Shown one piece after another: positions 52,934-64,000 of a stretch of DNA of 64,000 nucleotides (position 1 is its first letter; each line of letters opens with the position of its first letter). This stretch comes from Gordius albopunctatus. Taxonomy: Eukaryota. The notes beneath the pieces were generated by a model. The model had not been told where the DNA came from. It worked only from the letters and a program-made list of their open reading frames with translations, and made no database searches. The position numbers and the translations under genes are program-made. The stretch is taken from positions 1,488,001-1,552,000 of the forward strand of contig OZ193910.1 of NCBI GenBank assembly GCA_964276515.1. Reading direction: 5' to 3'.

Positions 52934-55900
52934 ATGATCTATGTTTGGACTTTTCTTATTTTTATTGTGATTTATTTACAATTCCTTTTACACAAGTATT
53001 ACTGCATAATGTATAAATAAATATTTTGTATATTGGCTATATTATATATTTATATATTAAACATTCAAAACCCGATCGTTTTTAGTTTAGTATTAACAAG
53101 AGGTGTTTTAACTGCGCTGGATATAAGGAAACAGAGTATTGCTATAAGATAGTTTTACTTTTAATAAATCATATGCTCTATTTTATTTAAAGACTATATA
53201 GACTACTCATTAAATTTAAATAAGTGTACCGTTTTACCGCCATTTTGAAATGTGCTCTAAAGAAAGGACATATAGATTATAGTAATTTTAGTTAATTAAC
53301 GTGCTTTTAAAACGTAATGAAAATTTTTGAACTATTTAAACATTGAAAACAGCATTGTAAAATATATATCATTTACACAATTCATGAAAGTTAAAAATTA
53401 ATTATTGTAATGACTTGATGTTAATTTAATACCATCTGTATTTTATTAAATAATCATTCGAATTAATTTATAAACCAATGAGGAGGCTAACATTACTATT
53501 TCTGTTTAAACAATTGGAGACATTGCAGAAAGGTACAGTAGATTGTCGAATTCAAAATGATGGTACAGACTTTACCATATGAAATATATAACATGAGCAG
53601 TCTATGTAGGCTATGATTTCATTTTTAAACTTGTTATTAAAACTAAAATGCAATCTATTGCTTAAATATTTAAAAGATTAATTCAATGCAAAGATTCTAA
53701 CCAATCATACTTCTCCATTCAAACATTTCTCAATCAGTATCCATCTCACGCTGATTCTCTTAACTCTGTCGACCGACCCATCATGTTTAATACCGAGGAT
53801 TGGCATATGGATTTATGGAATAAGTCAACAGTCCAAGATAAATCTAAAATAAGGGCTGCTTTTAGATCTATTTTTCCGGCGTAATATACATTAAAAATGA
53901 TATATTCGTATATTTATATGAATACATTTAATATTATTTGGATTCTTAATTATAGGAAAAATGCGATGACATTTATTAAGGAAATGTTTAAAAGATTACC
54001 ACCATTACCACCAGATGTGTGTAAGTCAGAGAAACAATTGTTCAGTTTTTATGAGATTCCTTATTTTTCCCAATTAAATTACCTTTCTTATTTTTGGTAA
54101 GCTCGTTGGGAATGTAATCCTTTCTATAGCGGAGTCGATTTTTGTGGACCTAATGGGGATTGCCAGGAAATTGAGGACTTGGTTTCCATGAAAAACGATA
54201 CTCAAAATAATATGACAGTTACCAACGAAACAACCACTCCTTTTAGTAATATACAGCAAAGCACTGAGGATTTTTTTAGGTGCCTTTGTTACGAGGGCTG
54301 GACTGGACGATTTTGCGAACAAGGTAACATCAGGTTATGGTTTATTATAAATTTCAATTTTTTTAAGTGTTGGCTTAAGCAAGCAAATTACAGAGGCTCT
54401 ATAAAAATCCTAAAGATCTTGCACAGTTATTTTTATATTTGATAATTATATCTATCAACTTAAAATTTTTATTAGTCGATTGTATTGGTCTTCCATAGGT
54501 CTAAAAGAAATATAGCCGCTATTAAATTGTTAACATGGCAAAAGGTTGCTTACAAATTTAGGATTAAATATAGTCTTGACTAGCTTATCATAGTTAAATA
54601 TAAATATGGGCGAAGCCAGGGGGTGGCAAAAAGTGGCGGCTGCCCCCCCCCCCTAAATTATTAATCCACTCCCCTTTATTTTAAACCCGGCTACGCCCAC
54701 AGAATATACGACAAATTATTCAATTGTATGCAACCACTTAAAGTTTAGGTTCTCATCTTAATTTAAGCAAAGGCCCTCGTTTTTCCCTGAATGGCATCAA
54801 TGGCTACCCTGTTAAAACTTGTATGAATTATTTTATTACATAACCACCAATTTGTGAAATCCCTCTTATCCATTCAATATATCAGATTATTTTAGTGACA
54901 TTTCAATTTTTATATTGATTGGCTAGATGTGAACGAATGTTACTTGGCCGGTCGGGGTGCCAGCTATTGTGTAAACGGTGCTACCTGTATAAATTTGAAA
55001 CCGCCTACGAAATACATTTGTTTGTGTCCACCTTTCACTTTTGGAAAGCATTGTGATAAAAGTATTATATCTCTCTATAGCACCTAATGTTTTTCCATCA
55101 ATTAAAGCCTACCCCGAAAAAGGGCTTGACTTTAGGTGTGGAAGTGTTGAGAGCTCTTCCTTAATCGACTGGATACCAGACTCGAACTTTAAAATCTTAG
55201 ATTACCTTCCCGAGACGACCATACACAATTTAGAATCCTTGGAATTCATGTCCTCCCTGGTACCCCACACCAACGAATTAGTGTCCAACAAAGTGTATGG
55301 ACAATTGATCTGGACCTACGCACAAACCGTGAAAAAGCGCAAAATTAAGAAAGGGATCATGATGGATTACGGTGGAAATAAGCAGGCAGATTTGTACACG
55401 CTGCATAAAGACTTTGAAAGACCACCTACACTAGTTCCACCACAATGGATTCGTGCTAGTCATGAATGGGGATTTAACTTTAGACTCTCAGCCACCTGGT
55501 ACAATACCCCTGTTGCTTACGAACACGTGATCGAAATTCTATTTCCAGTTCCGTTTCTTATCAATAGTTTTCTTGTCAAAGCAGGATACGAAAAATGGAC
55601 TCCCTTCGATCGTAAGCAAGCCGCCAATATCTTGCGAGATGATAAGTGCTAAATAATGCCAGTCTACACAAATAGCAAATATGATTTGAATATAAGGTCA
55701 ATTATACTTCTATTAGTAAAACATAGGCCATGATTGAGAGTTTAACTTTACTTAATAATCATATTTTAGGATGCACCCGAATTATTGAAATAAAAGTTAA
55801 AAGAGCGTTAAATTAATTAAAAGATTAGATATCTAGATTAGTGTTGTAAAAAGGGCTGGGTTAAGACTAACGTTCGATTCTGGTTTGATTTTTAAATTTC

Positions 55901-56767
55901 GACTAAGCCTAGAGGTGGATTAAGGAGAACGGACCAAGAATCCTTTGGTCTGTCTCATAGACTAATAAAACCATAGACTGCCGAACAGCTGATTGTTACT
56001 ATTTAAATCATTCAGACACAATAATAGCAGCCATCTTGTTGGAATAACTCAAAAACGGGTATATTTACACTTCTCCAAGATATAATATTGAAGAAAATAA
56101 ATAAGACTAATAGCTTAATTTATAATTTAAAAAAAAATAAGGAGCTAATTAAAACAATAAATTATGCTGAAATCTATTGTTTGATTACAATTTCCCACAA
56201 AATGGCGCTTGTTATACAAGCTGAAAAATTATCACCTGTTCGGCAGTCTATGGTCTGTCTATGTTTAGACAATAACCAAAGGTCGGCGATACAAAACCCA
56301 GTCCTTTTTACAACACTCATCTCTAGACTATGTTTTTAGATAAGTGTAACGAATGCAAGAGACTCGTGACGGAATATCGTATAACATACAAAACCGGTTC
56401 CCTCGAATGGTTTCCAATACTCAACGAGAAGGGCGAAGAGATGGTAGTTTATAAAAATACAAAAATTTGCAAATTAATATTTTTGGTAATTTAATAGATT
56501 TTTAAAAGTACGGACGAGATGGAAAGTTTTGAAACGATTTCCGATCTTAAAACACTCGACGCTGAAAAACCTAGATACAATTATTTACCGAATCCACTAA
56601 CAGCCGAAGCCGTGAGAATCCACGTTCTAGATTGGTGGCCTAAAAATTTAAACTTTTCCTCAGAGGCGAAACATTTATCTCACATTCCAAAGATTTACCG
56701 AGAAGCGATGCAAGATCCCATTATGCGTTTCGATATTATAGGATGCCGTTTATCGTTGACATTATAG
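52934..56767 (+). CDS. Secreted EGF-EGF-discoidin (F5/8 type C) protein, lactadherin/EDIL3-like architecture (8 exons, ~521 aa)
   Basis: Exons 52934-52995, 53677-53880, 53956-54020, 54102-54323, 54927-55061, 55108-55611, 56340-56443 and 56498-56767 are in phase. Signal peptide MIYVWTFLIFIVIYLQFLL; EGF CLCYEGWTGRFC; cbEGF-like DVNEC...CVNGATC...CLCPPFTFGKHC; discoidin hallmarks VTEYRITY...W...IF...PLTAEAVRIHVLDW...MRFDIIGC. Confidence 0.8.
55839..56318. mobile_element. MITE with TIR tagtgttgtaaaa (related copies ~13195-13720, ~36488-36668, ~37075-37748), containing a nested MITE
   Basis: agtgttgtaaaaagggctggg ... cccagtcctttttacaacact inverted ends. Confidence 0.65.
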
Positions 56768-57237
56768 CTTTTACATATGTTTTAAAAAAAATAAGCAAAG
56801 AAAATTTTGTGTAAGACTAAGTTGGTATTTAAGGATAGGCAATGAGGGACAAAGAGGGAGGGATGTATTTCCTTTATAACTAAAAATATTTTTTTGCGAC
56901 AAAAGTACATTAGCTCATGGACCCTAATACAAATTCTGGATATTTCCATAAATTAATTTGCTTTAATCCATGAGCGTAGGCAAAATGGGGTAGTGAGGGG
57001 CGCCTGCCCCTCTATAAATCCAAAAAATTGTTGAAAGTTATTAAAATCATGGCTAAAATTTCAAAAAATGTTCATTTTGCCCCTCCCTAAATCATTATTG
57101 CCCCCCCCCCTCTCTGATTCCACTGCTGGCTACCCCCATGCTTTAATCCGTTTGTATTTTCACCAACAATTTATGATTGAATTATAAATATAATTCTTAT
57201 ATGTTAACCCATGTGTTTTATAAGCGATTCGATTTTA

Positions 57238-57583
57238 GGGCTTGTCTTAATATCGGATTCAGATTCAAATCGCGCGAATTTATTTTTGTCTAAATATCCG
57301 ATTAGATTTTATGCGTCAAACTTAATATTTTGTTTTTTGATAGTTAAAAACGTTTTTTTTGTTTATTTCAACTCTTGAGATTAAATCTAAGCTTCGCTGA
57401 TACCTAAAAATTAAAAAACATATAAAATTTAAGCTTAGGAAAAAATTTGCATCCTACAAAATCGCTGTTATGTTATGCGACTGACATGTAAATCTGCCGT
57501 GAATTCGAAGTTAAGACACGGCTATGTTATAACTCGTAGGGCGATTTTTGCTGCGCAGCAAAATCCGATATTAAGACAAGCCC
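57238..57583. mobile_element. PIF/Harbinger-type MITE (copy 3, best preserved)
   Basis: TIR gggcttgtcttaatatcggatt / aatccgatattaagacaagccc, flanked by TTA on both sides. Confidence 0.85.
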
Positions 57584-57940
57584 TTAAGTATGCCATATGT
57601 ATATAAATGTGCGATTCCCGTTTAATGAATTAAAACCATATTTGCTGAATCCAATATATAGTTTATCTTTTTAAAAAACGCAAAATTTTGCATCCCGCAA
57701 ATCGCCGTTGAATAAGTATGGTAAAGCTTTAAGATAAACTAATTAATAGATATAACATTTTCTAAAGAAGGTGCAAATTAAAAAAAAATCAAAAAATAAA
57801 CAAAAAATATAAAATAATATGTTTTTTATATTCATCAAATTATTAAATCTGTATTAAAATCACTGTCTGTCAAGTATAAATAAACATAAAACTTTATGTG
57901 TTTATCTATATTTCACTTGGTGAGAAATTTAGGCAGGTAA

Positions 57941-60900
57941 CAGTGGCGTAGCTAGGGGGGCGTGGGGCCCGAGGCCTCCCCAAGAGCAAAACCGGGCGCC
58001 AAGGGCCCTCCCCTTAGAGAGAAATATTGGGCCCCTAGGCACCTTAAGCAATTTTTTAATGTGATCTTTATTAAGAAACAATATGATGATTATAATTATT
58101 TATTTTTAAATATAACTATAATATTACATATATAGATTCTGTATAAACCCCCGTCTTAATACACTATTTAACTTCAAAGCGCCATATTTTTGTTTGTCCA
58201 AATATGCGATTTAAATGTCGTGTCATCAACAATTTTAGTTTAGTTACCATGTGAGTAAGCAATAGTAAGCCTAATTCTAGGATAAATATTTGTTTTATGG
58301 GCAAAAACACAAAAACAAATCAAAAATGACAATGACGCTCGTATTAAGACGCGGCTATGTATTAACATGCATTCGCTTTTTTAACCTAGATTCAAAATCG
58401 CGTATTAAGACACACCTTAAGACAATAAAAGATGCAAATTTTATAAATTTTTTGAGTCGACATAATTCTATTCTTTAGAATAAGGCAAAAGATTTAGCTT
58501 CAAATTTTGATATTTCATTATTACCTTCTAAACGTATAAAATCAAACAATTATAACACTTTCTGCTCTTTTGAATCTACCAATTCATTAATTGATTTCAA
58601 AATTGATTTATATAATCCTATTCATATCATTAATAGAATAATATCTGAATTAAAAATAAGATTTTCGGAAATTAATTGTAATTTATACAAGTCTTTAGAA
58701 GGTTTAAACCCTTCATTTCCTTTTTTGCGATAAATGTCTTTTATTAGAACTAATAAATCATTATGAGTTAAAACTGCACGACTTCGAAATAATAATGGCA
58801 AAAAATATGTAATATATTATAATGGCAATACCTTCGAATAAAATAAAATGAAATGCAATGAAATTTTTTCACTTGTTAAATTTAAATTTTATTATTTCAA
58901 TTAAAATAATTTTAACTATCCCAATAACTTATTCAAAGATCGTTCTCATTGCTAACACAAATCAAAACTTATCTTCGTTCCACAGTTGGACAAGATAGGT
59001 TATCTTCCTTAGCTTTATTGAGCTTAGAATTACAACATGACTTTATAGAAGTTATTCCTCCGTATGATATTATAAATTCCTTTGGAGTAAAAGGCGTAAC
59101 AAACTACTATTATCTAAAGACTAATTTTAATATAATAAATATCTGGGCTTCTAAACTCGTTTTAAACTTTTTAAAATTTTCAAAATATACTAAAATATTA
59201 TTAAATTTACGAAAATCGCCTCCTGGTTTCAATTAATTTGCCAATCTCACATGCTTATTGTTTAACATATCTTGCATATTTTTATGTCACAAGCACATAT
59301 AAAGCGAATGATTTTCGAAAAATGGCTTGTACACAATTTTTTCCTCTTTATAAGTGATACCCCATCATAGGTTTGAGCAGCACATATTGCTTTTAAATTT
59401 ATATTAATAAAAAATTTCTGAAATTGTTAATGCATCAAAACTTTCAAATGATAAAAATCCTAAAAAAATTCTTTATGTCTGTCATTGGATTCGACAAAGT
59501 GTACAAAAACATTAAGTGTGCATGTGCATCTCACATCTAATTTCATCTAAGATTATTAAATAAAATTTTGATTGATTTAATTGTGATAGAAAATTTTTAA
59601 CGATCATTTTAGCCGTTTTTTGGTGGTGTAAAAGGGGTTTCTCGTCTCGGGAGCGATTATGAAAATCTCGTCTCGTCTCGACTTTAAAAAAATATATACC
59701 AAATATAAATTATAAATATCAATGTTAAAAAATTCTAAATGGCAAACTTTTATATTTTTTGAAAAGCTTTAATACACAAATTTTTTAAAAATTTAGCGGG
59801 ACATGACATCTCATTGACAATATCAAGATATGAATTAATTCATAAAGATAACATTTTCCATGGAAAGTGAAGACTAAAAAAAATATAAATAAATTTAAAT
59901 TATAAAAAATTAAATTTTATTGTTCTAGCAAATTACAACATTTATATCTAATTAACTGTCTTTTTCAACTAAAAATAGACTTAGAAAATTATAAGTTCGC
60001 TTATAGTTGACTTAGTTGCATAATTTAGCAAATTAAGATCCTTCATGAAAGTGCACCTATTTAATTTTATCACAAAAATCATTATAATAAAATTTGTATT
60101 CTAATTAATTACCTTCAAATCTAACTCACTTTGCCATTAAATAGTAATTTATCGAGTACAGTATGGGTTCGTGTCTTTATTTTATATTGCACAATTATAG
60201 AAATTATAGTAAATTTAAATGCATTTGCCCACCCAGCTTATAATGTGGAAAGTAATGCATATGACAAAACTATATATTTACATAATGTCTTATAAAGGTT
60301 AAAAAATTTGTGAGGTATACTATTAGTTGAAGCATAAAAACTTATAAAAACTCATAATTTAAGATTTCATTTATTATGACGTCATTAAATTAAATACTCT
60401 GTTATACTTTTGAAATCCTTAGGTGGGTGCTCAAAAAGTCTCGAGCCACCTTATCTTAACTTGTTTCATTATTCAAACTTATTGACCACCAATTTATAAT
60501 TATCGCATCATGCAGGATGAGTAACTGCGAAATTTTAGTAGTATTTACTATTCCATCCGACCTTATTCTAAGCCTAACATTTTGTAATATTTAATAGTGC
60601 TATGAATATAAATATTTGATAAATATATTATAAAATTATTCACAAACCCTAAGGGTCAACCATACTTAGGTAAATGATTGCTAAATTTTAAATTTTTTGC
60701 AAAAATATATAATATCTACTACACTTAGGAATTATTTTAATATCAAATATATTCCATACATATTGATTTATACTTAATACCTTAAATGTAAATCATGCAA
60801 ATTAAAAAACACAATAATTTACTAAAATCTAGCGATCAATAAAAAGTCGAGATCTCACCGAAAAAATCTCGGTCTCGTCTGGTCTTGTCTCGAACCACGA

Positions 60901-61638
60901 GACGAGACGAGATGTGACCGAGATTTTTCTCAGTTTTTCCACATCACTAATCATCAGGGACAATAACTTTTAAATACTCATTCTCGCATTCGCTAATTTT
61001 TATTTCACAATTAAGTTTTTTTAATTGTTATATTTTAAGTTATTATTTCGCCTTTTGAGGATCTAACCAAAAGGCTTTTAAATGTTTTCATTGTTTTCCT
61101 GATATAATTGCGACCTTAAAATGCTGCCAATACCGCTTATGTAAAATTAAGATTTGTTATATATATGGCCAAGATGTTTCGGGGGTCGTAACAAAAAGAT
61201 TTTTTATAAAAACTTTGTTGTATAGTTTTTTTACTATTTATATGATTTCTTGCAATTTTAAGGTTTTCTTGTCAATATCCCCATTCTACTTTTGCTTTTA
61301 TAATTCATTTATACACAAACTTACTATAATATGTAAAAAATTTTATATTGTCTTGATATAATCGTTTCAACTTACTTTATTTTATTTATGAATAAATTTT
61401 ATTTATTTTATGCCCTATAAACATGAGGGATCTGAGACATGGACTTAATTAGATAAAACTTTAAACCAATGTGATGTTATAAGAAAAAATACGCAAAGTA
61501 GCGGAATTTTAAGTTTGATCAACGTTTATGAGGGAAAATATCTCAATTGTGTTTGACCCATTCCACCTTCCCTCTTGTGTGAAATCAAAGCTCGGCCGCC
61601 CCCCCCCCCTCAAAGCAAAAAGGCTAGCTACGCCACTG
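57941..61638 (+). mobile_element. Decayed hAT (Tip100/Zaphod-like) transposon with a nested element
   Basis: TIR CAGTGGCGTAGCTAG / CTAGCTACGCCACTG; degenerate 8-bp TSD gcaggtaa/tcaagtaa; IKTYLRSTVGQDRLSSLALLSLE remnant (58949-); nested GAGAC-repeat element ~59620-60949. Confidence 0.8.
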
Positions 61639-62301
61639 TCAAGTAAGACCATTTAGTAACGCTGATTAAAGCCTAAAGCTCAAAGTAATGCCTTTTTTAA
61701 CTAATGCAAAGTAAAAAATTTATCCTATGATATAACTATCACCGATTATTGCTTAACGAGTCTATACTATGTTTATTATAACGTAATAAAACCACAAAGT
61801 GCTAGTGTATATTTTTAAGCCAAAGGTTTATATATTTTTAGGGCGGGCTGTGAACTAAAGAGGGCTGTTGCCGATTCCTAATTTTGATTATCATATGTAA
61901 GTATAAGGTAAACAAAGTGAAAAAATCTAAAAATTGGGCAAATAATAAGAATACCGACCTTAAATAGTAAGTACGAGTTCAAGTGATTTTCAAAAACAAT
62001 ATTACACAAAGGAATAGATGATTACTAAGTTTGACAAAAGTCTTTACTGATATAAAATTTAAGTTTGATCCCTTTCCTAGACAAAAATATTAGCTAGACC
62101 ACTGCATATTTTTTATATGTCTATAAAAAATATAAAGGTGGACCTCGAGAAAATTTAAAATTAAATATAGATTTTGAGTAAATCTTAAGCGCTTTGTGTG
62201 TAATTGAATAGATTAGCAGCCAATATATTTTTTAACGAGTTTAATGGATTAATTTACTTAAAAATCGAAATGTCTAGATATGCTGTTCAAGCAGAAATCA
62301 T

Positions 62302-63713
62302 ATGGCGCACATAATTCTAAAGTCAACGTATTTGCCTGAATTAGAGCAAGTAAATCATATTGTTTTAATATCAACAATAACTTGTCAATAGGAAAATTTT
62401 AAGCCTGAAGCTTTTGTTGAAAAATTGGCATCAAAAGTCTTAGGAAGTAGCTCTTCAACTTTTCAACCACAATTAACGAGAGATGCTATGGTAGAGGTGA
62501 TTGAAGAATTATCTGTTTTGAAGGATGAAACGCGGAAAAAAATAAACTCCTTAGAAAGTGAGTGCGCAACTGAAGAGCAACAATTTATGGAAAAAATTGG
62601 GTCTCTTGCTAAAAGGCATCAAGTAAATTAAATATACTAATTTAATTTCACACTTTTTAGAACATATTGCATAAATATCAAGATTTAGATGATCGGGTCA
62701 ATTTTATAGCCAATAAAGTCATACATTTGGGGGATCAGTTAGAAAATGTTAGCCTACCTCGTACAAGAATCATAGAAGCTAAGAAATTGCTTAAATATTT
62801 TGCTGACTTTATGAGCCCTGAAGGAATTCCAACAAATTCCATCTTTACTGACCCACAACATGTAAATTTTTATAAATTATCTATTTTCTTTTATATTTTA
62901 ATATGTAACTTTTGAAAAAACTGCAGATAGTTTTCCTAAACTTCTTGACTCATCATATTGAATATAATTTCTAGATTAACGAGGCAGCAAATATCATTCA
63001 GAGACTTTATGTAATATCTCAAGAAATATCAACAGAAGGCAATCCTAAATATCAAATTGCAAAAGAAAGGATAAGAGAAGCTTATGAAAAGATAGAAACT
63101 GCCCTTTTCGAAGCTTTTATTGCTGCCCAAGCATTGGGTGATATTCCTCTTATGAGACAATTAGTTGCTGTCTTGTGCAATTTCAAAGTGATTTCATAGG
63201 ATTTGTAAATCATTTAATCACTCTAGTAAACATAGAATACAACTTTTTAATTATATATTACTTTTTTATTTTGTATTTATTCTTTTTTAGAATTATTATC
63301 GATGCGTAGATGCTTTTATGGAGCAATGTCAAATGGTAAGTTTTGCCTAAGACCCTAATTTTACCTTGGAAAAACAATTTTCATTTTCTCTTCATTCGTT
63401 AAATTTATGAACTTTATGGACCTCTCAACTAATAATTTAATAACTGTGTAATTGTTATATCTTGTTTATGAAGCTTTTTAGAAAGATTTACTTTATTTAT
63501 GAAGCCTTAAGAGTTAGGCTTTATAATAACAAGTATCTCATATTTATTAATTTTAATCTCATGATATTGTAGGGTGCTTTCTATCGTCACGATGTTTTTG
63601 GGGATGCCTTAACGTTGTGTCAAAAAAGTTCCACACTCATAGATTCAATATTTCCCAACCCACAAGGCGTTTATTCCAAATTCATCATTAACGTCTTCCA
63701 AGGCAAAATCAAC
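62302..63713 (+). CDS. EXOC5: Exocyst complex component 5 (Sec10), 5' part; gene presumably continues beyond
   Basis: Exons 62302-62349, 62392-62622, 62661-62861, 62975-63187, 63291-63335 and 63573-63713 are all phase 0. Motifs ELEQENFKPEAFVEKLA, LDDRVNFIANKVIHLGDQLENVSLPRTR, AANIIQRLYVISQE, CVDAFMEQCQ. Confidence 0.9.
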
Positions 63714-64000
63714 GTAAATACTAAATTAATATAAGAGCTGTTGAAGTATTACATCTCATATACAAACTGCTTCAAATTCTGAAAGGGTAACTTTGTCAGT
63801 TTCTTATTTGAAATGGACCAATTAGATTACGGTTAAATATTACAAAAGTATGTAGTCCAGTACAATTGTTCATTGAAATCGTTTTAATTGAGTATTAACA
63901 ACAAATACTTTTTCATTTGTTTTATCACTAATATCACAACAGGTCTACAAAAAACAATCCTGCAATCGAACCTATAATCTGATCTGATAGAGTGGGGAGG

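Noticed and set aside
55062..55080. 19-nt intron in the EGF-discoidin gene
   Set aside because: An in-phase acceptor at 55107 gives a 46-nt intron containing a CTAAT branch-like motif, which fits the other introns better.

Overview
AT-rich, intron-containing animal (invertebrate) genomic DNA, not prokaryotic. The host genes are split by short GT-AG introns (often 35-46 nt), so the ORF track mostly misses them. By manual splicing I reconstruct six genes: a small secreted Spaetzle-like cystine-knot protein (-, 9101-10230); an orphan type-I membrane protein head-to-head with it (+, 10977-13931); a TINAG/TINAGL1-like inactive cathepsin-B homologue (-, 14455-30392); canonical poly(A) polymerase (-, 35699-41839); a secreted EGF-EGF-discoidin protein (+, 52934-56767); and the 5' part of exocyst component 5/Sec10 (+, from 62302). 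The rest is dense transposon material: a decayed CsRN1-type Gypsy, three CRE-clade RT/REL-endonuclease retrotransposon copies (one with an open 764-codon frame, lying inside a precisely delimited non-autonomous Helitron), a disrupted Rep-Hel Helitron, hAT elements, SINEs and nested MITEs. The dominant structure is a ~10 kb, ~71-copy 141-bp satellite inside a TINAG intron. It starts from a Helitron/Helentron-like 5' end and has a 5-monomer (705 bp) higher-order pattern. Gene models and family calls come from reading the sequence by eye, without database searches.
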